A stretch of 64,000 nt of DNA from Macrostomum lignano (Eukaryota). The notes under the pieces were generated by a model. The model had not been told where the DNA came from. It made no database searches and saw only the letters and a program-made list of their open reading frames with translations. The translations under genes and the position numbers were made by a program. Below are positions 22,586-34,700 of this stretch, one piece after another; the stretch's first letter is position 1; the number at the start of each line of letters is the position of its first letter. The stretch is from assembly GCA_002269645.1 (NCBI GenBank), contig NIVC01001758.1, positions 236,660 through 300,659 of the forward strand. The letters run 5' to 3'.

Positions 22586-23525
22586 ATGGAAGATTTGTAT
22601 GCTGTTTTAGGAGTGGTTTCTTCATCGACAGTAAGCCCTACTAAATTGTATTAAATAATTTATCACTTGTGTGTTAGCAACTTTTCATTTTTTTCAGACA
22701 GAACAAATCATAGCCGAGTACAGGGCTAAAGCCCTCCAACTTCATCCAGACAAAACTGACAGTGCCACCAAGTGTGAGTATACATCTGAATTTATTCCTT
22801 ATGGATATTAATTCATTAAGTTTATATACTAAGTTTATATACTATACCGATTGCTTCTCGAATTCAAATATTAGCCGAGCAGTTCAAGTTATTGTCTGTG
22901 GCGAAAAATGTGCTCACGGATCCACAGGAGCGCAAGCTCTACGATCAATGGTACAATTCCGGTAAAATTATGGGTGTAACCTTTGACCAATGGAAGCATT
23001 TAAAGATGCACACCAGTTTGCATTGGGCCACCACTGTGGATCGGACACCCATGGTTGATTCACCTGAGGCTGCTCACACTGATTCTGGCGGTCAGCAATC
23101 TGGTAATGGTGAGTCATGCAGTTGTGAGCTTTTTATTTTTCTTCAAGGAGGCAGCGTCGTCTGCCTTTTAGTCTTTCATGGCGTCTGGTGTCCATGGACT
23201 CTGATGTGGGAGTTCCCGAGCAGATGTGGGGTGATAGTCACTCTGACCTGGGAGTTCCCGAGCAGATGTGGGGTGATAGTCACTCTGACCTGGGAGTTCC
23301 CGAGCAGATGTGGGGTGGTAGTCACTCTGACCTGGGAGTTCCCGAGCAGATGTGGGGTGACAGAAACGAAAATGATGTTAATGTTCTTCCCCTTCAACTC
23401 CCCCCAATCCCCCCTTGCTAGTGCACACTGTGGACGATGTGGCGGCCTACTGGCGCAGCACGCAGTTTAAGGATGCGGCCCCGGCGGGCTCGTTGTTAAG
23501 CAAGTTTCGGAACTACGAAATCTGA
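22586..23525 (+). CDS. DNAJC12: J-domain protein DNAJC12 (JDP1). Exons 22586-22630, 22698-22773, 22875-23108, 23422-23525
   Basis: EQIIAEYRAKALQLHPDK (HPD motif), FDQWKHLKMHTSLHW, and the diagnostic C-terminus SLLSKFRNYEI* matching DNAJC12 (..LLRKFRNYEI). GT-AG introns with consistent phases. Confidence 0.9.
23205..23360. repeat. 42-bp minisatellite, about 3.5 copies, in DNAJC12 intron 3
   Basis: TGGGAGTTCCCGAGCAGATGTGGGGTG(A/G)TAGTCACTCTGACC in tandem. Confidence 0.9.
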
Positions 23526-24475
23526 CGGCTAATTTTCGGGATGATTAAATCAAATAAACTGAGCATAATACTTTTTAAGTGTTTAATAATAACCGATCAT
23601 CTTTTGATCCTGACATCTTTTCGTCTAGCAATAGATTTCAAGAATAATACTAAAACTCGTATTTCTACCTACTGCAGCTTTGGTGTGAGTAGTATTTACT
23701 AGATTTTGATTGCATAATTAATCGATTATATTTGTATCATTACATTCGATTGTTTTGAGCATGCTTTATTTCGCATCTTCTGCTTCCTGACATCGAATTC
23801 CAGAATGGGAGTCTCACTGTTTTCACTTGATATTAAAATTTTCAGCGACTTTTTCAAAGCACATTTATACAATATACCCGCTGCTCGATATACTCCTAAG
23901 CCATCAAAATTAGCTCTTATGTTTTAACCCAAAAAACGGTTCTTGTGTGAGTTTTATTTTTTTACGCACAAAAAATGTGCAAGCTTTGCTACTCGTGAGT
24001 AGTATTAAACCAACACTTATTCAATAGCATAAATTAAGAATTTAAGATTAGGAATAACAGTACTAGGGAATGTATTAAAACCAGTAAGTTAAACAAAGAA
24101 AACATTCATTAAACAGCCATGGCTTGACCTGAATAAATGGTTATTAAAAGAGCTGATTTGTGGCAAATCTTGGCCTATAAGCATGATGTGAGAGAGAAAT
24201 GGGGGGACAGACTGCATTCACAATTGGTATGGATGTGGTGAGACCAAGGACAACTGAAAAGTGCTCAAGTAACATTAGAGATTTGAAATGCATTAGCAAG
24301 GTTGGAATTTTCCGTTGTGTTTTGTGCAAAAAAACTTGATTTTGAGCCATCAATAAATAAAATTGTGACAACATTGACTCGGCTTTAATACTATATTACA
24401 GTCTTTATGGAATTATCCAATTGCTTGAATTTGTTTTGTCTATGTGGTGAGCAGTTCTGCTGATACAGTCAGTTG

Positions 24476-24990
24476 GATTCCCCTGGATGGATTCCCCTGG
24501 TCACAGACGCTGGATTCTCCAAGGTCATAGACACTGCATGGATTCCCCTGGTCACAGACCCTGGATTCTCCAAGGTCATAGACACTGCATGGATTCCCCT
24601 GGTCACAGACCCTGGATTCTCCAAGGTCATAGACACTGCATAGATTCCCCTGGTCTCAGACCCTGGATTCTCCAAGGTCATAGACACTGCATAGATTCCC
24701 CTGGTCACAGACCCTGGATTCTCCAAGGTCATAGACACTGCATAGATTCCCCTGGTCACAGACCCTGGATTCTCCAAGGTCATAGACACTACATGGATTC
24801 CCCTGGTCACAGACCCTGGATTCTCCAAGGTCATAGACACTGCATAGATTCCCCTGGTCACAGACCCTGGATTCTCCAAGGTCATAGACACTACATGGAT
24901 TCCCCTGGTCACAGACCCTGGATTCTCCAAGGTCATAGACACTACATGGATTCCCCTGGTCATGGACGCTGAATTCTCCAATGTGATAGA
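24476..24990. repeat. 51-bp minisatellite, about 10 copies, with the same unit as the short array at 28220-28380
   Basis: Unit GGATTCCCCTGGTCACAGACCCTGGATTCTCCAAGGTCATAGACACTGCAT. Confidence 0.95.
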
Positions 24991-25195
24991 CGCTGGATTA
25001 TTCAGGGTCATAGAAGCTGAAAATAACAATGTCTCTAATGATACCACATTCCCAAGCGACTTACTCATTGCTTTTCCTGAAGATTGCGCACCCGTCAACA
25101 CGTGGCCGCAGCCGGGCTTCCATGGTTCTGGCGCGTGATTTCGGCGAGAAAATTCCATCGTAGCCTTTCGCCTCCAGAGTGGGTAGGAAAAAGGA
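24990..25195 (-). pseudogene. Orphan duplicate of most of CCR4-like exon 3 (25065-25195) plus its donor site and downstream intron
   Basis: Encodes SFFLPTLEAKGYDGIFSPKSRARTMEARLRPRVDGCAIFRKSN, aligning with 28439-28569. It keeps the GA|gtaagt donor and the adjacent intron sequence, and lacks the first 8 codons and the original acceptor. Confidence 0.85.
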
Positions 25196-25337
25196 TTCTC
25201 AACTTAACAGACAAAAAAAATTAAGATCTACCAGCAGTGCTCATGTGGGTGCGCAGTCAAGCAAAACAAAAACAAGAACAAATTATGGAAAACAGAGGAA
25301 ACAACTTGGCGCAAATTAAATAAAATTCTATTTGTGT

Positions 25338-28300
25338 TTAGGAAGTACTCGATGCCGCTGAATCCTTTGTTGTTGCTGTGGTGGTCAGAGCTCGCTGTCG
25401 CGTGAGCTGCAGCCGAACCATGAGAGGGATGTGATCAGACGGCACGTACGCGTTTGGACAGCCGAGCACCGCTTCTGAGCGGAACCAGTCAGCCAGGCCG
25501 TCCAGGCAGTCAAGCACTCGGAAATGCTGCCTGGCCGCGAATATGTAGTCTATGACGCCTTTGAAGTCGTGTCTGCAATGACAATGGAAAAGTATGAATC
25601 TCGGGCAAAAGTAACCTTTCATTAGAGCCAGGAGCCTGTGTGCACTCTCGTGCACTTTAAGCGACATTGTCACACAACCGGCGAGAGGCATTACTGCCCA
25701 TTCCACCGACTTATCTGAGCAGGCACACAAGCGTATACGTACGTACGCAGTCATACGCACAGGCACACACTCACAAAGGAGTGTACAGCAGCCCTCACTT
25801 TATTTATCGTTAGGCATGTACACTTTACTGTGCCTTGGGGGTTGGCCCTCTTTATAATGCTAAGTTTTGATGCTAAAATCGATCATTTTACTTCAAGTAT
25901 TTGATTGTTGAAAAGTAGAAATAACAGCTATTAGAAATCCTGTTCGCTCTCACGTGTAGTTTGTGAATGCGGTGTCCACTCCGCTGTAGCAGGACTGCAG
26001 GCCCAGCTGATGGAAAAACCGTTTGTCCTTCCCGTCTGGAGCAGCAACAGAGGAAGCTTCAGAATTTGTTGCTTCCGTCGATCCCGGGGCGGCAGGGGTG
26101 GCGGCGGTGGCAGCAGCAACGGCCGCGTCCTGAAGGCCATCTAGCGAGGGATCTTCGCCCAGCCGACGAAAGTCCGGGTGACTGCGCGGCACGGAGCCCA
26201 AGGTGATGAACTCGATGACACCTGGGGTTCGGGTGTGGGGTTTCGATTGGGAAATTTCTATGGAGAGAAAAGTCCGGATTAACTGTTGCAAAATACATGG
26301 GCGCGATTGGTGTACAGATTAATTTCTGTTCGATGCCCAACTGCATCAACTGGGATTACATCTGTGTGAGCACAGTGTACAACAGCTAGTACTCAGTAAA
26401 TTATTGTCATCCCGTTATTTAACACTAATATAAGCCGAATACAGAAAATCGTTTGGATAGAGCTTTTAAAAATAAGCAAAATAACACGACAAAATGTTTT
26501 TCACTACGGAGATTATAAACTACCCTCAAAAGTACCCAGAAAGCCTTTTACTGATCCACACAGATTCGCATAATAAACAAATTTTCGATGCGAAGGATAA
26601 CAAGCTCCTTCACTCAGTCTGTAGCTTATTTGTTTTATTTAATTGGATAGTTTTCTTGTTACGAAAATAAGTGCTAAAAATGGAAATAATCTGTTTATGG
26701 AACGCTGCTTGAAAGGAGCACCTGGTCTTTAAAGATTGTAAATAAACTGGTCTCGACTAGAGATGAGCGTCTTGGCGCAAGTTTTTCGACAAAATAACTT
26801 GAAAGCGTGTGCAGATTGAAAGAGCCGGCCGTCACCGACTTAGGCAGGTTAAGCAGATTTGGCTGCGGTTAACATACTTAGCCACCCGGTAGAACGAGTG
26901 GACCCTGTCGTGATAGGATACCAGCTCAGAACCGCGGTAAAAACACAGGATGAGAGCGGTCCCAGAATCTCAGAACAGTTACAAGCTGTAGCCCTTGGCT
27001 TCTGATTTTTACTCCCTTATCTGATGTTCGTGAAAAGCTTATAGCTGAGTCAGGATCTACTTGACAACCAAGATTTTGATAGCAAAGAACCACTGTGTAA
27101 ATGTTTAAAAGGCTGACTTTTTTATAAAAGTAAACTACAAGCTGCATTTTTTAAACAGATTTTAAAACAAAAACTACTTTTTCAACCTCTGGAGCTTAAA
27201 AACTTCAAAAATTGTAAACTTAAAAAGTTTTCCCATACTGAAACTAGCATATAATTTTTTGTTTGTTCTAACAATAATAGTCGATTACACCTGCCCTAAT
27301 GGCCAGATGTGCAACCGACAGCTCAGCCGCAGCCATTGCGCGGCGCATCTGAAGGCTGCGTACGGCTGTTCAGTCCAAGGACTGGGGGGTCGCCACACAC
27401 CCTCAATTACCCCAGCTAATGCTGGCACCCATTCTACAGCTGGGTGAGCTGAAGCAATGCAGAGTTAAGTGTCTTGCTCAAGGAGACAAATTGTTCCAGT
27501 GGGATCAGGAATCGAACCTCGACCTTCAAGTCGTGAGTCCGACGCTCTCACCACAAGCCTCAAGCCTAAGCCAAGCGACGCTCCAAACACCACCTAACCA
27601 CAAGCAAGCTCTCACGTATTTTCCAAGAAACAATGCACCAAATTCTTCTACTTTAAGTAGGCCGTGCGCATATGAATGTCGTCTTACCTGACTGCGGCAG
27701 CGAGTTGAAATCGCCGCAGAGCAGCAACGGCAGGCAGTTTTTGTATCGTCCAATAATGGCGGCCAGAGCCCCGGCCAGCAGCATAGTCTGAATCAGCTTC
27801 ACGTCCGGGTGCTGCGGGTCCCAGTGCACGTGCGAATTGCAGACCAGCACCGGCCGGCTGCTCGTTGAATTGTCTGACGATTTCGAAGCCCCGACAGTCG
27901 GCATCAGCACCGCAGCCAGGGCGATGTTGTCGCGCGGCGAGACTCGGCTGAAGATCTCGGAGGAGGCCGCTGTATCCGCTGAAGTCTTTGGACTAGTCCA
28001 GCACTGCTCAAGGTACTGCTGATTGAGCTCGATCACTTGCTTTTCCACTAGACTGAATCTGAATGAGGTGGGGAATGTTTTGCTGGGTCATTGGAAACTA
28101 ATACGCTCGTAGGACGTATTTATGGTCTTAGTGTCTGACAGATCTTGTATTGTAGATATCTGATCATTTTACTGTAATAGTTCATTAAGGCTGAAGTTTC
28201 ACACAGAAGTCATAAACACTGGATTCCCTGGTCACAGACCCTGGATTCTCCAAGGTCATAGACACTGCATGGATTCCCCTGGTCACAGACGATGAATTCT

Positions 28301-31300
28301 CCAAGTTCATAGACACTGCATGGATTCCCCTAGTCACAGACGCTGGATTCTACAAGGTCATGGACGCCGGATTCTCCAAGGCCATAGAAGCTGGAAATAA
28401 CAATGTCTCTAATGATACCACATTCCCAAGCGACTCACTCGTTGCTTTTCCAGAAGATTGCGCAGCCGTCAACACGCGGCCGCAGCCGAGCTTCCATAGT
28501 TCTAGCGCGCGATTTCGGCGAGAAAATTCCATCGTAGCCTTTCGCCTCCAGAGTGGGTAGGAAGAACGAAAAGAACTGCTCAGTTTCCACTTCCTATTTG
28601 GCAGAGAGAGATGTTAAATTCAGGGGTTATTTAAAAACAAATACCAAGCAATATTTTGCTATGTTGGGTTGAATTTATAATAATAAATATTGAACAAAGG
28701 CCCTGGAAAAGACTGTCCAAAGAAGACGGAAAAGGGACTGTCGGGAGAAGGCCTGGGAAGGACTGTCGGGAGAAGGCCCGGAGGGACTGTCGGGAGAAGA
28801 CCCGGGAGGGGCTGTCGGGAGAAGACCCGGGAGGGGCTGTCGGGAAAAGACCCGGGAGGGGCTGTCGGGAGAAGACCCGGGAGGGGCTGTCGGGAGAAGA
28901 CCCGGGAGGGACTGTCGGGAGAAGGCCCGGAGGGACTGTCGGGAGAGGACCCGGGAGGGTCTGTCGGGAGAAGACCCGGGAGGGACTGTCGGGGATGACC
29001 TGGGAGGGTCTGTCGGGAGAAGACCCGAGAGGGACTGTCGGGGATGACCTGGGAGGGGCTGTCGGAACGTCAGTGAATCACTCACTTGCAAGCACAGCAC
29101 CGAAGGCAGATGACAGCAGATGACCTCCATCAGGCCTTGCCGTCTGTATGACCAGGCCAGGGCCCAGTCGGGACAGTACCAGTAGGTCTTGGCAGAGGCA
29201 TACTGGTTGCTGAGTATGTTGTAGCTCATCAGCGTGAATACGGTCTCATCAGTGTGGCTCGGCTGGGCCAGATTCCGCCAGCGCTGACGTGGCGGCTTCA
29301 TAAATGCAACTGAAATTGCGGTGAGTTTTTATTGATGATTTAAACTGTGAAGTGTAACATTGTGGGGTTTGGAGGATGTGGGCAGGCTGCACTTTTTCTA
29401 AGCAATTTCTGCACTTTCTACTAGTCCTAATATAGTTTCCAACTAACCAACGTACAAGCGTACCGACTCGGAGATGCGTCGGCTTGAAATAGGAGAGTGC
29501 GGTAATAACATGAAAATTTCTGATAGAGGGGCCTAGAAAGCTCGGCTCAAGGGTCCTATTCAGGACTCTTGGCTGCAGTTGCTGTCTCTTCTATCGCATT
29601 TTTGCTATCCTCCCTTCTCCCCGGGATGCTGCAGCTCTGCTCTTCTTCCAAGCGCAATTTTCGATAATTGCTTCGATCGTGTTTCCCTGCCAGTCAGAGA
29701 TGGCCTGGGATTTTATCAATTTTTAGTGCAAATATCCTCAAGGCCGGCTTTGAGATAGCTGAGGGAAAGCTACGAATAATGACTCTCGTCTGTTGCTACT
29801 AAGCACTTCCGGATTTCGCCTATCTGCTCGAATTTCCGCTCCTCTGGCGAGCAATTGTAAAAGACAATATTTTCGATGGTGGGACAGACAACTTGGCTGA
29901 TCGAAATGGCGCAATGTAAAAATTCTGAGGTACGTCTCCCGGAAGGGATTTTGTGCAAGGGAGACGAGAATAAAGAGGATTTGATACTTTAAAAAGTGCA
30001 TCGGTACTTCCTGAGTTCTATACGTACTGGAAGACAGAGTGGCCTTGCAGACAGACTTGGTGAAAGAGAAAAACAATTCGAGGTGAAAAGCACTAAGGAG
30101 ACAACGTCAGGTACCAAAGGGACTTAAGGAAAGCTCTGCGACCAAGGATGTCCAAAACCAAGACAAACACTAAGAAAGACACGGTGTCTGGCTCCAAGAC
30201 AAGCACTAAGAAAGACAAAGTGTCTTCCAAGACAAACACCAAGACAAACCAAGACAAACACCAAGACAAACCAAGACAAACACCAAGACAAACCAAGACA
30301 AACACCAAGACAAACCAAGACAAACACCAAGACAAACCAAGACAAACACCAAGACAAACCAAGACAAACACCAAGACAAACACCAAGACAAACCAAGACA
30401 AACACCAAGACAAACCAAGACAAACACCAAGACAAACCAAGGCAAACACCAAGAAAGACAAAGTGTCCGAAACCAAGACAAACACTAAGGAAGACACAAA
30501 GTGTCGGGCTCCAAGACAAAAACTAAGAAAGACAAAGTGTCTTCCAAGACAAACACCAAGACAAACACCAAGAAAGACAAAGTGTCTTCCAAGACAAACC
30601 AAGACAAACACCAAGAAAGACAAAGTGTCCGAAACCAAGCCAAACACTAAGAGACACAGAGGGCTGACACAAAGAATCCAAGAGTTTCAGACTGACGTGA
30701 CACGGTCATCAGATTCTGTAAGACTGTAGCAGTGTAGCATTCCATAACTATCGGCCGTAAAGACGGTCTGCTTGAGATCGTGGCTGCACTAATTGTCTTG
30801 AAGGAGCGTGGAGACCGTGAAGAAGATGACCGCTCCTATATCTGAACCTATATCTGAGCAGGGAACAGGTAAATGGACCACCCGGAAGGCCTAGCTCGTA
30901 CCAAGAAGCTGGATTCCACGAAGGGCGACGTACCTGGAAGACATGAGCCCTAGAAGTTGATACCCTGTCAGTGCGACCCACCAGGAATTGAGGATTCTAT
31001 ATGCATAGGAACGCATTCAGCGCCAGGTGACTGGCGCTCTCAACAGAACTCTGAGACCGCAGGACCACAGGCGGTTTGGTGGAGTCAAGCCATGATAATG
31101 GTTGAGATCTTTGAAGTAAAGACACCCAGCTACAAGAGGGCCCTTCCAAACCCTTAGTGGGAATTTTCCAACCTACTCTTGTGGCCCGAGACTTATTTAT
31201 CTCCTGGTGGACCCACCGAATTCTCAGCGCGCAGAGCAGTTGACAACCCCGCTAAACAATCGCTATCGCCCGAAGACAAAAACTGGAAACTATAGGAGGA

Positions 31301-31724
31301 AAGCAAGCCTTCCAATTAGACAGAATTTGTACAGGGAGTGACGCTCGCATTAACGGTTCAGCTGCTGCTTACAAATACGAAGACAGCGCTGCAGGTTATT
31401 AGTCGGGGCTATAGAAAAGCCGGATCATTATGTACAGAGGTAGAACTGATTGCTATAGCTGTATGGCTAGGCCTCTGGCCAGAAATTTGAGGAATCGCAT
31501 AATTACGTATCCCCAAATTGGCAGGTTGCTATAGAAGGGGAGGAACACAATCCAACGGGGGATGCTGGGTAGGGGGGATCGCTCCTGCTAGAGCCGACGA
31601 ACTCGCCTTTGATCTGCCTATTTTCTCCTCTCCAAACGGCAGCGTCAAAGCAACATTATTAACGCGTTTTCTGTCTTACTCTGCGGTCATCCTCCGATTG
31701 CAAAAACATTCCCCGGTTTTTCCT

Positions 31725-31783
<59 letters not shown>

Positions 31784-34700
31784 CTTAGTCAGTAGCCTTG
31801 ATGCCACCTTCCCCCCTCGTCATCTTTCTATCTTTTTTTCCTCTTTATAGCGTCCCTTTTTAGAGAGCCACAGAAATAGTTGTTGTTGGGGAAATTCGCA
31901 AATTACAGTGCTTAAAGAGCTTGGAGCGGCTAGCAATGTCGCTGTCTTGCGTTATGCAGACGCAGATCGGTACAAATCAGATAGACCGATATGAGGGATA
32001 ACTTGACAGTTACGTCTTGATCGTAGCTACTCTTAAGTATTTTAAGTCAGGGGCGCAGCCAGATCGGAAGGGACACCATCGTGGAAGCGCCGGCAGCTTA
32101 AAGGGAGAGAGATGAGAGGGGAGAGGAGATAAGCGGGGAAAGAGGAGAGAGAGAAGAGTAGAGGGGAAGAATTGAAGAGAGAGCCAAGAAGAGACATACG
32201 CTCGTACATGTACACTCAGCAACATGCTAAAGAAACCAGTGGTCAACTTGTCTCAGATCTCAGCCCCAAGCGACGTGATTTACTCGTCTCAATTGTGGGT
32301 GATGCAATTTGCGTCACAATGCTTAGGCTGGTGAGGAGAGAGTGGAGAGTTATGGCTAGAATTGGATTAAAGCAGCCACTGGTTGACCCCAGCTGGTTTC
32401 AAGGTGGAAACTTTAAATGTTGCTGAGTCTAACCCATATGCTGGCCGGTTTGCTATTGTGAAGTTTTAAAGGACCCGAGGACCGGATAGAGAGGCTTCGC
32501 GGTCCGAATGTTTGCCGACCCCTTGCTATAGCAAAACTTTGATATTCTGCCGACTCAGTCTAATTCCCAGCTTTAGTTTTGTGAGGCTTGCGTGTGAGGT
32601 CGGGTTGCGCCTTTGTGCTTGTGTTTGCTATCGTTTTTTCCACACGTGCTCTTTTGTGCATACGGCTCTGTACATTTTAAAATCAGCCATGTCCCATCGG
32701 CGGCGAATCGTTTTTATTCTAATCGATTTTCTATCGTTAACGATTGATAAAATGAACGCTTTTGATCGTGAATGGTTGATTCCGAGAATCCCGTGTTGGC
32801 AAAACTCGCCGAGACATCCACTTTAAAATCCTGCAGCTACCCCGGACTGACGTGACATCCTACTCAAGGCAGAGAATGCAGAGACCTACAGCTTGCAGAC
32901 TCTGCTGCAGCGGGTGGCTCGGCTCTAGGAGCTGTCCAGGCGATAGCCGGTTGCGGCAGTCAGTGCCATCAGCGCTACTTGAGCAGAAAGAGGTACCGTC
33001 CGAGGACCGCTTTAGTCATGTCAACCCCTCCAGTTTGTTAGTGTCTGATTTCCTGTTAGCTCACACTTTCATGTTCGTTTGTGGACATGTACTTGAGCAA
33101 ATAGACAGCTCAACGGCTAAACAGCTCCCGAGGCACGGCGCAAAAAAACTAACGTATATTTGTGTCTGTTGCTCTGGGGAGCCATTCAGATGAATTCTCT
33201 TAAGTTTAACTGCTAGTATATTCCAAGAGCGTAGTTTATATACAGTATAATTACGAGCTAATAATCCATCAATTAAAGTTGAAAACCAGCTTTCAAAACA
33301 ATTGCGGCAGTTTTAGGCCCGCAAGTTTTAATTAGCGCACCTTTTCATGTCTATCTTTTATGCGTCTAGAGAAGCCACTAAGCTAGAGAGACGAATAAAG
33401 CTGATTAATTAAATAGAAAGAAGGAAGTAAAAGGCTGCTAAATGCGCAACCATCCCGAGTGCAATGCGATTCTTGCACTCGATCAGACACGACCGCTGCA
33501 GCAGAGGATACAGGAAAACTTGACTCTCGTAGCTACTCCAGCCACTGCGTGGAGTCTGCATGTCGTAGGTTTTTTTCTCTTTAAAAATTGTCGAGAACAA
33601 GATCAGTTTTGGGGTTGAGACAGTAAAAAACTAATTAATTAAGTCATGCGTGCAAAATCCAGGGGCTTTGGGCAAAGCTACACTATAGAGAACAACGAAA
33701 TACCATGGATCGGAGTTCGGTCGTTCACTAAACCAGCATCGTCTGCTGCTAACCAATCATAATTTTCGTTGAGCTCTTAGAATAAGAAACTAAAAAATTA
33801 GAAAGCATGGAAAGCATTGCACTCCGACACTTTACATCTCTGACACTTCATAACTCCGACACCTTATATCTCCGACACTTCATATCTCCGACACCTTATT
33901 TCTCCGACACTTCATATCTCCGACACCTCATATCTCCGACACTTCATATCTCCGACACCTCATATCTCCGACACTTCATATCTCCGACACTTCATATCTC
34001 CGACACCTCATTTCTCCGACACACTTCATATCTCCGACACTTCATATCTCCGACACTTCATATCTCCGACACCTCATATCTCCGACACTTCATATCTCCG
34101 ACACCTCATATCTCCGACACTTCATATCATATCATACACTTCACATTCACGACACTTCACATCATCATTTCATTTCTATTTTTTTAGCGTTGCCGCTATC
34201 CAATAATATTCTGTCTAAATTTTTCTTGACAAATTTGTGAGCGCACCTTCGGTTCGGACTAAACACTTGCCTGCTTTATTTGAAATCCTCAGTCTAGACG
34301 GTGATTCGGTGTTCAAAAAATTGAAAAAATCCAATTTTCGAGAAAGCATTTTTTGCAAGCAGTGCCCTTCTGTTTCAGCTGTCCTAGATAGAAAATTTAT
34401 TAAATATAGTCACGATAATTACAATAAAGACCTATCGCTGGGAGCTAATCATAATTACAATTATCCCATGCTCGTTAATTAGACTCACATCTTTCCAAAT
34501 CGGCAATAGGCACCATGCAGGTGCGCCAGGTGCCCAAATTGTCGCTGCAGCGCGGCACGCACAGCGGATTTCGCACCTGTACAAATCGACTCCGGCCGCC
34601 CCAGGAGCTTGTCGACGTCGTTGCAGACGTTAAGCCTGACGTCGGTTTGCGCTCCCTGTCTTCGACATCATCAGACTGGTTCTTGCTCGAGTCGCTCTTA

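Noticed and set aside
29540-31200. GC-richer patches in CCR4-like intron 1 as hidden LRR exons
   Set aside because: Minus-strand translations by eye show no LxxLxLxxN pattern and contain stops. They are more likely TE debris, though an HMM search is still needed.
32838-33000. Exon-like plus-strand segment DILLKAENAETYSLQTLLQRVARL*ELSRR*...
   Set aside because: It has three in-frame stops, no recognisable family and no partner exons. It cannot be supported as a gene or a named pseudogene.
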